Below, in pieces: positions 12,591 to 22,351 of a stretch of DNA of 64,000 nucleotides. The stretch covers positions 1 through 64,000 of the forward strand of contig JANHCV010000010.1 in assembly GCA_025594325.1 (NCBI GenBank), read 5' to 3'. The stretch's first letter is position 1, and each line of letters starts with the position of its first letter. Made by a program: the position numbers and the translations under genes. The notes beneath the pieces are model-generated. The model was given only the letters and a program-made list of their open reading frames with translations. It was not told the origin of the DNA and searched no databases. This DNA is from Blastocladiella emersonii ATCC 22665. Lineage: Eukaryota > Fungi > Blastocladiomycota.

Positions 12591-12677
12591 CGGCGCGGCT
12601 CGGCGCGGCTCGGCGCGGCTCGGCGCGGCTCGGCGCGGCTCGGCGCGGCTCGGCGCGGCTCGGCGCGGCTCGGCGCG
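12591..12677. repeat. Minisatellite (CGGCGCGGCT) x ~8.7
   Basis: Eight perfect 10-bp copies plus a partial copy, read directly. Confidence 0.95.
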
Positions 12678-13207
12678 AATCTCGCGTACTTGGTGGCGCC
12701 CAAGCCGTGATGCTTCGTGCCGGCCACATCGCCGTCCTCCTCGGAGCTCATGTCCTCGCGCGACAGCAGGTCGACGCCAAGCAGCGCCAACGGTTCCTTC
12801 GCTGCGGACCGCCCCGCTTCTTGGCGATGCGTGGCGATGCGTGGCGATGCGCGTGAGGTCGGCCGACCGCAGGATGCGAGTCGGGTGGGGAACTTCGTTC
12901 TCGTCGACCAGTTCGGCGGCGGTCGGCATGCCGAACTTCCGAACTTGCGCGCGCGCCGTCGCGGGGCACGATCGCGATCGCGGGCGACGACAGGTTGGGC
13001 GACGACAGGTTGGGCGCGCGCCGGACGGGAACATCAAACGGACGCAACGAGCTAGCTTAGCTCGCGGACGGCGAGCTCATGAACGTCGGGCGACCCGCCG
13101 CTCGTTCCTCCCGCGTACGAGGCGCGCGCGCCTTGGAACGGCCACCGCCGCCACGACAGCGCCCGTGTCTCGCGCGTCGCCGCCGCGTCGACCACACGCA
13201 GGTCCAG

Positions 13208-13310
13208 GACCCGGCGGTCGGCCATGTTGCTTGCTGCTTCTTCGCCTTGGTCGTCGACCCGGCGGCCATGTTGCCGCGCCTTGCCTTGGTCGACCCGGCG
13301 GTCATGATGC
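13208..13310. repeat. Degenerate tandem repeat with GACCCGGCGG...CATGTTGC...CCTTGGTC units
   Basis: Three starts of gacccggcgg with related spacers of unequal length. Confidence 0.6.
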
Positions 13311-13489
13311 TGATTAGCGGCGAGTGTGGTCGTGGGCAAAGGATGGCGAGCGAAGCCAGTGGACGCGGTCGCGGGCCCGAGCAGTGGGAGCAGAGTGCCG
13401 CCCGGCCCGGTGGCCAACCCAGTGAGCGAGCGAGGTGGAGCTCGAATACGTGAACTAACCACCCCCGATGCATGCAGGGCCGTCAAACG

Positions 13490-13810
13490 ACGCCGTAAAA
13501 TTATGCTCACTAGTCTAAAATATCTCATGATATATCGGAAGATTACGTGCAAAGTTTGAGCCAGATCCGAGACAGGTCGGGAGCTGCCAGATTGAGCGTT
13601 ACGTGCTTGAATTGCCCACCCGCGCCGCGAGCTCGTCGCGACGGCCGCGAGTGAAAAACTTTTTCGCCTCGGCGCGCCCGAACACGATCTCAACACCCCC
13701 ATGCTTTGACTCGGGGATTTTTGCATTTCTGGGGTCCCTGATGGTCCCTGATCACGATTCAGTGATAAACAAGAAATATTGTTTTTGGTGAACTCATGTG
13801 TCTAAGTCGG
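13490..13810. repeat. AT-rich dispersed repeat, copy 1 (possible non-autonomous transposon remnant)
   Basis: Aligns by eye in inverted orientation with ~59165-59430. For example, gactcggggatttttgcatttctggggtccctgatggtccctgatcacg matches the reverse complement of 59195-59245. Confidence 0.75.
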
Positions 13811-14040
13811 CGGGCGGCGGGCTGGCTGCGCTGGGCCGGGCGGCCAGCGGACTTGGGGATGCGTCGCAAAGTTCAGCCTTGGTTCGACGTCACGATGACC
13901 ACCGACCTGATCCTTCATGATTCTATCGGTAGTTTCACTAGTTATTGCTTTGGTAGCACTCATATATTTATCGATGGACACGCTGTTGGTCAGGTTAAAA
14001 ACTACGTTGAAGCGCGGTATAGGCTGACGGGTCCACTATC

Positions 14041-16844
14041 TCACTGCCGCTGAGGCGATCCAGCAGCGTGGTGCTGTTGCGACTGGATCTGCTGCTGGTG
14101 GTGGCGATGCGGGTGCTGATGCGGGTGCTGGTGTGAGCGATCCGCACCGGCAGCGGTGAAGCTCGCGTTCCACCGGTCCGAGTCGGTGTGCTGGTACGTC
14201 GGCGGCGGCGGAGGAGGGTGGTACGAGGCCGATCGCTGTTGCTGCGGCGTCCGTGACTCGACGTGCTGCTGCTGGCCGTGGTAGTAGGCGTCGTGGTAGC
14301 GGTCGTGCCCGGATCCCGAGGAACGCGCGTGCGCATCCCACGAGGACGGCGGCGACGCATCCCAGCCCCAGCTCGGCGGCGCCTGGTTCGACGGCGCCGT
14401 CGAGCTTCCCGTTACCGGACTCGCTGACGACGAGGACGGGCAGACACGGCGTGCCGGTTGGTGTGGTGGCGGCGACGACCATGGCTCAGGCGCGTGGACA
14501 TGGCCGTGCCCACGAGGATGCGCGGGATGCCCGTAGTGCGCGAGGTGGTGGACAGGGTGATGCTGCTGCTGCGGATGGTGGTGGTGGTGGTGGTGGTGGT
14601 GGAACGGTTGAGGGTAGGGCGCGTGCGGGTATGAGCGGTAGCTGCCAGCAGGATCAGGGCGGCGTGCAGAGTTGGCAGAGTCGACGCGCCGCCGCTTCGA
14701 CGGGCGTTGCGAGTCCTCGCTGTTGTCGGCCTCGTGGTCGTTTGGTCGACGATCGTGACTCGGTCGCGTCGCGGAGGCCTGCGAAGCGGCCGGCGGTCTC
14801 GGGGCTGGCTCTCCATCAGGAGCATCGGTGCCGGGTGCTGCAGCGGAAATCCCCACGGGCGTCTCGCTCCCCGAGAGCATGCGCTGGAGGAGGTTGCGCT
14901 ACGAGAGGCAGAGTAACACTGGGTCAGTCGCAGATCGAGGAAGCCGTGCTATTCTCATAGCAGACGCACCTCGACGAGCAGGTCCCGGATCTGGCGCGAC
15001 TGTTGCGCAATCACGTCCCGCTCGACGGCGAGCTGGTGCTCGACCGCACCGACGCGGTCCATGAGCCACATGTTGTCCTGGACGAGCTGCTGCATGCGCT
15101 GATCGACGTGGAGCTGCTGCTGCTGTTGCTGCTGCGAGTCGTAGAACTGGTCGTGGTAGCCGTCCTGGGCGCGCGAGTGCGACTGCGACTGCGACTGCTG
15201 CTGCTGCTGCTGCTGCTGCTGCGCCTGCGACTGCGACGCCGAGGTAGGTGGTGGGCGGTGCGGCGGATGCTGGGGAGGACCCATGGAGTGGTCGACGTCA
15301 GGTAGCGGGGGCGGCTCGCGGTCAGTCGACCGGTCGGCGTCGGAGCGGGAGGGTGCCGCAGCCGAACGCGGAGACGACGGGAGCGAGGCGTGGCCGCGGT
15401 GGCGCGAGGCAGGATCTGCCGAAGACGAGCGACCACGCGACGCTGGAAGGTCATGCTCGGCGGAGGGTACAGGCGACGGACGCAAACCCGCCGCGTGCAG
15501 TCGGCCACGCCGAAGCAGGGGCGACGAGAGCGAGGCGGGCGGGTCGAGTGGTGCGTCGTCGAGGTCCATGAGCGGCCCGGGCGAGTGCCCACGCGACGCG
15601 GCATGACCATGCGGCAACGGCGACAAAGGAAGCGGAGGCGGCAGGGAACCGAGCACGGGATGGTGCAGCGCGTGATGGGGTAGCGGTGCGGCGCGGTCGT
15701 AGGCGGCAAGGTCCGCCGGCGCAGCCAGAGGGTCGGCGGGGAGCGAGGGAAGGACCATAGCGGGCGGGTCATGGTGCAGATCGGGGTAGCCGGTGCCGTG
15801 TGCGGACGCGGGCGGCAGATCGTGGGCGGGCGACTGCGGGTGCAGGGTCAGCGGCGGCGGGGGAAGCGGGTTCGGGTGCTGCTGGTGGAGCATCGGAATG
15901 CTGGTGCCGCCGGCGGCCATGGCGCGGTTGACGCTGGCGACGGCGGCGTCGCGCAGGTCGGGCGGGAGGTTGACCATGTGGCACGAGTGGCTGTCGCGGT
16001 GGCGGGTGAGGGCGTCGAGGCGGGCAAAGGACCGGAAGCAGTGGGTGCAGGTGTAGGGGCGGGCACCCGTGTGCAGGCGCTGGTGACTGCGAGGAGGGCA
16101 AGGAGGCAAGGGCGGCGGGTGAGCGACTTGTGGGGGAGAAGCGCGGACGGAGGCCGAGGCAAGCAAGACGTACCGCTTCAGGTCGTGCTGGCGCGAAAAG
16201 GACTGCTGGCACACGTCGCAGGCGAAGGGGCGCAGGTTGCGGTGGGTGAGAACGTGCGACTTGAGGTTCTGGAGGCGGGCGAAGGCGGCGCCGCACTCGT
16301 CGCAGGTGTACGACTTGGCGGCGGTCGCGGGCGAGGCAGGCGTGGCGGTGGCAGCCGGGTCGGCGTCCGTGTCCTCGGCGAGATCGACGGGTGGTGCAGC
16401 GGCCGAGTCGTAGGCGTCCTCGTCACCGTCACCGTCACCGTCACCGTCGCGGACGTGGTCGAAGACGGGTGCGGCGCCGGTCGGATGCTGGGCAGCAGAG
16501 AGCGGCGCGTCATCGAGTGCAGCGGCGGCGGCAGGGTCGAAGGTGTCGTCGGGCGGCCCGCGCGGGTGGGAAGCAGCAGCCGAGTGCGGCGGCGCGGGGG
16601 CGGCGGGCTCGGGGTCCGAGTCGGGTGGGTTCGGAGCGGCTCCGGCGTCGGACGAAGACGAGGTCGAGGATGCCGAGGAGGAGGAGGGATGGCCCGAGTT
16701 GTGCGAGGAGAGGGCGATGCCCGAGTCGGGGCGGTCCAGCGAGGGCGGCGAGGAAGACGACGAGGACGGGGAGGAGGATGAGGCCGGGCGAAGGTCGGCA
16801 GGAAGCGCAGGCGCGTCGCTCGCGGCGGCAGGCGCCGTGTCCAT
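14041..16844 (-). CDS. C2H2 zinc-finger transcription factor (3 fingers plus coiled coil), 3 exons
   Basis: Fingers YTCDECGAAFARLQNLKSHVLTH, FACDVCQQSFSRQHDLKRHQRLH, TGARPYTCTHCFRSFARLDALTRH. GT-AG introns at 16087-16173 (in frame, splits finger 2) and 14899-14969 join ORFs 14955..16844 and 14041..14880. Confidence 0.92.
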
Positions 16845-18582
16845 GGCGAAGGCGGATCAGCGGTCGGGCTAGGCGCGGTGACGCGGAAGACGGGTGCGGG
16901 TCGGGTCGGCGAGGTGGTCAGTCCAAGGAGTCCCAGGTCCGCGCGAGGTGCGGGCGGCATGGCACGCGGCCACCGTGGTCGGGAGCGCGGGCGAGAGCGG
17001 GGGCGAGAGGGGAGGCGGGCGGGAGGCGGCGCAAGGGGGCATGGGGAGGTGCGAACGAGGGCGGGCGGGCACGGCGGCAGCGACGGCGACGGCAATCGAG
17101 ACGAGCGAGCAATGGCGCGGATAGTGTGGGTAGAGGCAGTGGCAATCGGAGATAGCGGCCGACGGGCAGCGAGGAGCGCATCGCGTGGAGGCGGGCGGGC
17201 CTCGATGCGTGGCGCTGCCGCCGTCCAGGCACGGCGGGGGGCAACGCGAGCGCGGCAGCGGGTAACGGGCAGCGAGTGCATCGCAGCAACGCGGGACGAG
17301 GAGCGGAGTCGGTGCAGGCGGGAGGAGTCGGGTAACGGGGGTCGAATCGCGATCGTGATCAAGATGGCCATGACCATGGTCACGGCCATGGCCACGGTCC
17401 CGCGGGACATGGTGGGCAGCGGGCAACGTACGAAGCAGTTGGACCGAAGGGGTGGGCGCGGTGGCCAGGACAGCACACGGGGCCGATGCGAGCAGGGCCG
17501 AGGCGGGGTCGCGATGGCGGCGGGAGGTGGAGGTGGAGGTGGTGATGATGCACAGGAGCGCCGCGGAGAGGGGCGGAAGGCCATGCTCCCGCTCTGGGCG
17601 AGCGCGAGCGGTGGGGTTGGTGGAGGTGGAGGTGGTCGGTGGTGGCCGAGGAGCGGTTGCGGTCGCAGATGCTGGTCGGTGAAGCGAGCGGCAAGGCGAG
17701 CCGGCGCGGCGAGGCAAGGCGAGGGGGGATGCGGCGTGCGGTTGCGCGAGGTGGGGGCGGCCGTGGCGGGTGGGAGGCGGCCACAGCGCGGTGCCGCAGG
17801 TTGGTCGAGGGCGGCGGCGGTCGGGGCGGCGGCCGGTCGGGGGCACAGCCGGGGCAGCGGGCAGCAGGCTCGCCCGCGGATCCGAGGGCGGCGCGCAGGC
17901 GATGGCGACGGCGCGGCGGTGCGCAGCCAGCCGGCGGGCATGCACGGCATGGCGCAGTTTAGCGTTTTAGTTTTCCATGTGGGGGTGGTTGGTTTCGGCG
18001 CGCGCGATGGCCATGGCCATCGAGGGCCGTCCGCGGCGCAGGAGCGAGGGCGCCGGGCGGTCCGGATCGCCGATAGCCGCTGCCTCGCCGCTGCCGCCGC
18101 CACACCCCGCGGCAGGGTGGCGCCGCTCGCTCGCGCGGCGTGACACCGCGTGACGCGCCCCCACGTGAGCCCGACGCGACGCGCGCGTCTCGCGAAACGC
18201 GCTTCCCACGGCTGCCTCCCACGCACACGCACACGCACACGCACACCCGCGCGCCCACGCGCCCCACGCGCTCGCGTGCAACGGCCGCCCTCGTTCGCCG
18301 CCCGCCGACCACACGGCCGACTTGCCCGTCCTCTCCCTCCCCTTCCTGCTCCCTCTCTCCCCCTCGCTGCCCGTCGTCGTTTTTGAGCACCACCAGTACC
18401 CTTGCATCGCATTGCACTCTTGCACGACACTGGTGAGCCTCACCCATGCACTGCGACGCCCGCCCCTCAATGAATCGCCCCGGTGCTGACACGGCCCTCG
18501 CGCCGCCCGCCCGCCTCGTCCAGATACCGTCACCCTATACCTCCTTGCTCATTCCCGCGGACCCACCTTCAACTGGCCCGCC

Positions 18583-21513
18583 ATGCTCAACCCGCAGTCG
18601 CCGCCGCCCGCCCGCCCCGCCACCGCTGCCGGCGCCGCCGCGCTCGTCGCCAAGCCGGGCACCGCGCCCGCGACCAAGCCGCTGTCCGCCGCCTCGTCCT
18701 CGTCCAAGGACGCGCCCGCGCGCCGCACCCCGCTCGCCCACCACGCCCTCGGCACCGGCGCCGTCCATACCACGCACACGCAGCACCCGCCGCCGCAGCA
18801 GCAGCAGCAGCAGCGCATCTGCAAGGGCCGCGTCGCCAACCTCGAGTCCAACGTCCCGCCCGCCTGGTGGTCGCACGTTTTCGACCACGTCTACCTCAAG
18901 ACGGACGGCGACGTGGTCGAGGACCCCGAGATCACCCGCTCCGAGGTCGACATGCTCGAGTCCTACCCCTACCTCGCCGCCGTCTTCAAGCGCGGCTCCG
19001 CCTCGGCCGCCGCTTCCTCGCCCACCCCGCCCCGCGTCCTCGACCTCTGCTGCGGCCAGGGCCGCCACGCCCTCGAGCTCGCCAGACGCTACCCGCGCCT
19101 CGAGATCTACGGCTACGACCAGAGCGCCTTCCTCATCGACCTCGCCCGCCAGCGCGCACGCGACCAGGGCGTCGCCGACCGCTGCCGCTTCGCCGTCGGC
19201 GACTGCCGCCACCTCCCCTTCCCCGCCGACGCCTTTGACCTCGTCCTCATCATGGGCAACTCGTTTGGCTACTTCACCTCCTCGGCCTCGGACCTCCTCG
19301 TCCTGCGCGAGTGCCACCGCGTCTCCAAGCCCCACGCCTACCTCGTCCTCGACCTCACCGACGGCCACTACCAGAAGCACCACTTCTCGCCCCGCACCTG
19401 GGAGTGGATCGACGACGACACCTTCGTCTGCCGCGAGCGCCAGCTCGCAAAGGACGGCAAGTCGCTCGTCTCGCGCGAGGTCGTCACCGACGTGACCAAG
19501 GGCGTCGTCCGCGACCAGTTCTACGCCGAGCGCCTCTACGAGCTCGACGAGGTCGAGATGCTCATGGAAATGGCCCTCTACACCCCCGCCCGCGAGATGC
19601 ACGCCCGCACCTCCACTGCCGGATCGGCCGGCTCGGCGGGCCCCGCTGCCGGCGCCTCCCTCGTCGCCGCTCCGACCTCGCCCGTCCCGCACCTCCTCGT
19701 GCGCAGCCCCTCCACCCAGACGGGCCGCGGTCTCTCCAAGTCGTCGAGCGCCGCCAGCCTCGCCTCGGCCGGTGCCACCGCCGCCGGGCTCGTCACCACG
19801 GCCGCGTCAGCCGGCGGCGAGACGCTCGTGGCCGCCAAGGAGCTCAGCAAGCGCCAGGAGGACCTCGGCATGATGGGCCAGCGCATGGTCGTCATTGCAT
19901 GCAAGGAGCCGTCCTCGTCGTCCTCGTCGGCCGCTGTTCCGACCCACCGCGACGACGCGGCCCTCTTCGCCGCCTTGTTCCACTCCACCACCCCGATCCC
20001 CGACACGGCGTCCGAGGCCGAGGGCTCGACCTACGCCGGCTCGTCCGAGTACGACCACCGCGAGCACGAGCACGACCACGACCGCCGCCACGAGCACTCG
20101 TACACGGACGACGTGGACCTGCACCGCGCCACGCCCGTGTCGTCGACGGCCGACGGGACCGTGGCCGACTCGGCCTACTGCGCCAGCGTCGCGGCCAGCG
20201 TCGCCTCGCTCGCCACCCGCTCGGGCGCCACCACTTCCACGGCCACCACAAGCACGCCGATCGAGGCTCTGGCCTCGCCCGTGCCCGTGCCACGCATCGG
20301 GCAGGTGGTGGTGATCCTCGGCGACCCGTCGATTGGGTGCGTTGGCAAGCTGCACGACACGTGGAACCCCGAGGACCTGGCGACGCGGCAAAAGCTGGTC
20401 GAGGTGCTCGACGCGGCGGGTGCGTGGTCCGTGGCCGACGGCACGCTGCGCATCGTCGACTCGCACGCCGACCTGATTGGCGAGCTCGCGGCGCTGGCGC
20501 GCACCCGCGGCCGCCTCGCGCACTCGCCCAACACCAACGGCAACGTCGAGAAGGAGGACGAGATGGACGTGGTCGTGTTCAACCTGTGCGACGAGGGGTA
20601 CTGGAACGACGCGCTCAAGGAGCTGCACGTGCCGGCGCTGCTCGAGATGCTGCAGCTGCCGTACACGGGGGCGACGCCGCAGTCGCTCGGGCTGTGCTAC
20701 GATAAGGCGCTGGTCAACTCGCAGGCGCGCGCCATGGGGATCCCGACGCCGCGCGAGGCCTACTACCTCGGCAGCCTCGCGGTGGCGGACCCGGCGACGG
20801 CGGACGCGGACCTGGACCGGCTCGTGGCGGCGGCCATGTCGGGCGCCGGGCCCGGCGCGCAGTTCCCGGCGTTTGTCAAGCCGATGCGCGGCGACAACTC
20901 GCTCGGGATCACGGCGCGGTCGGTGGTGCACAACGGGGCCGAGCTGCACGCGTACGTGCGCGAGCTGCACGGCATGGGGCTCGGCGACGTGGTGATCCAG
21001 GAGTACCTGACGGGGCCCGAGTTCTCGGTGGGGGTGATCGGCAACCCGCGGTCCGGGTTCCGGTTCCTGCCCATCCTGCAGGTCGACTACTCTGCGATCG
21101 TGGCGCGCAACCTGGTTCCGATCCTCGGGTTCGAGTCCAAGTGGGACCCGGCGAGCCCGTACTGGACCGAGATCCGGTACGTGGCGGCGACGGGGCTCGC
21201 GCCGCGCGTGGTGGAGCTGCTGCAGGCGCGGTGCGCGGCGCTGTTCGAGCGGTTCGGGTGCCGCGACTATGCGCGGTTCGACTTCCGGGCGGACGGCGGG
21301 TTCGCCGTGGACGGCGCGGCGGCGCAGGAGGACGCGGACGCGGCGGCGGGGCGCATCAAGCTGCTCGAGGTGAACCCGAACCCTGGGTGGTGCTGGGACG
21401 GCAAGCTCGCGCACATGGCCAAGCTGCAGGGGCTCGAGTACCGCGACCTGGTGCTGCTGATCCTCGAGGCGGGCGTGCGGCGGATGGCGGCCGAGAAACG
21501 CGCGAGCGCGTAG
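18583..21513 (+). CDS. Class I SAM-dependent methyltransferase fused to a D-Ala-D-Ala-ligase-like ATP-grasp domain (976 aa, intronless)
   Basis: Methyltransferase motifs VLDLCCGQGRH, YGYDQS, GDCR, FDLVLIMGNSFGYF. ATP-grasp motifs VVFNLCDEG, LPYTGA, CYDKA, FVKP..GDNSLGI, IQEYLTGPEFSVG, DYARFDFR, LEVNPNPG. Confidence 0.9.
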   Translation: MLNPQSPPPARPATAAGAAALVAKPGTAPATKPLSAASSSSKDAPARRTPLAHHALGTGAVHTTHTQHPPPQQQQQQRICKGRVANLESNVPPAWWSHVFDHVYLKTDGDVVEDPEITRSEVDMLESYPYLAAVFKRGSASAAASSPTPPRVLDLCCGQGRHALELARRYPRLEIYGYDQSAFLIDLARQRARDQGVADRCRFAVGDCRHLPFPADAFDLVLIMGNSFGYFTSSASDLLVLRECHRVSKPHAYLVLDLTDGHYQKHHFSPRTWEWIDDDTFVCRERQLAKDGKSLVSREVVTDVTKGVVRDQFYAERLYELDEVEMLMEMALYTPAREMHARTSTAGSAGSAGPAAGASLVAAPTSPVPHLLVRSPSTQTGRGLSKSSSAASLASAGATAAGLVTTAASAGGETLVAAKELSKRQEDLGMMGQRMVVIACKEPSSSSSSAAVPTHRDDAALFAALFHSTTPIPDTASEAEGSTYAGSSEYDHREHEHDHDRRHEHSYTDDVDLHRATPVSSTADGTVADSAYCASVAASVASLATRSGATTSTATTSTPIEALASPVPVPRIGQVVVILGDPSIGCVGKLHDTWNPEDLATRQKLVEVLDAAGAWSVADGTLRIVDSHADLIGELAALARTRGRLAHSPNTNGNVEKEDEMDVVVFNLCDEGYWNDALKELHVPALLEMLQLPYTGATPQSLGLCYDKALVNSQARAMGIPTPREAYYLGSLAVADPATADADLDRLVAAAMSGAGPGAQFPAFVKPMRGDNSLGITARSVVHNGAELHAYVRELHGMGLGDVVIQEYLTGPEFSVGVIGNPRSGFRFLPILQVDYSAIVARNLVPILGFESKWDPASPYWTEIRYVAATGLAPRVVELLQARCAALFERFGCRDYARFDFRADGGFAVDGAAAQEDADAAAGRIKLLEVNPNPGWCWDGKLAHMAKLQGLEYRDLVLLILEAGVRRMAAEKRASA

Positions 21514-22351
21514 AGTGTCGCGGGATTTTGAGACTGTCTGTCCGCCGGGCGGACGAGACGCACCCGCGAAGAGCGATTGAGAGAATACATGTGTTTCCCA
21601 CTGTTGTTGCTGTCGCTGTAGCTGTAGCTGTAGCTGCGCCAGGTCGAGTCAGGGCGGGTCGCGGGGTGGACGCGCTGCGCCGCGCGCCGACCGCCGCGTG
21701 ACGCGAAACCCGTCACGTGGGACAGGCGGCTGATGTATCACCCGAAAACGAAAAGGTTTCCCACCCCGGGCGCGTTTCCCTGCGGGCCGCTGGCCGCCCG
21801 CCGCCCGCCCCGCCCGCCGTCCGCGCTCTCCTCGACGCGCCGCGGCCCTCCCACCGGGGCCCGCCAAGCCCGCGCCCTCCACGAAGCCGCTTCATCCACG
21901 AACGCATCTCTGCCTGCTCTGCTCTGCTCCACACGCTCGCAGCACGCTCCACGCACCAACCGACCGCACGCACATCTCGACGAGACGGGCCTCCTCCTCA
22001 TGTACTATGCTGCTCCCCGCCGTCGCCGCCGTGTCTTTGCACCGCTTCGGGCGCGCACACGCGCCGTCCTCCGTCAAAGTAGCGCGGTGTCGCGTGCATG
22101 TGTGATGATGTGGTGTGACGCGCGCCCCGCGCCCCGCGGACGATCGACGTGGGCGCCCGGTTCGCTCGCTCGCCCGCTCGGCCAACCTCCGCACTCGCTG
22201 CAGAGACTAACAGTACACGACACGTCTCTCTGCCCGTAGCGAGCCTCCTTCCGTCCCCGCCAGCCAGCCTTTCCCTCCACGTACGTCGCGCCGCCGTCGG
22301 ATCCCCGTCTCTGCCGCTCACTCACGCTCCGCCCTCCCTACCCGCAGAGCC

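Noticed and set aside
12591-13310. Repeats as a CRISPR-like array
   Set aside because: Head-to-tail repeats with no unique spacers, in a eukaryotic context with no cas genes.
16087-16173. 29-aa insertion inside zinc finger 2 in the ORF track
   Set aside because: It is an in-frame 87-nt GT-AG intron; removing it restores a canonical finger.
16869-17945. 358-aa ORF upstream of and in frame with the C2H2 gene
   Set aside because: Separated from the ATG by TAG and TGA, low-complexity, and no clear intron bridges it. Treated as UTR or intergenic unless RNA data show otherwise.
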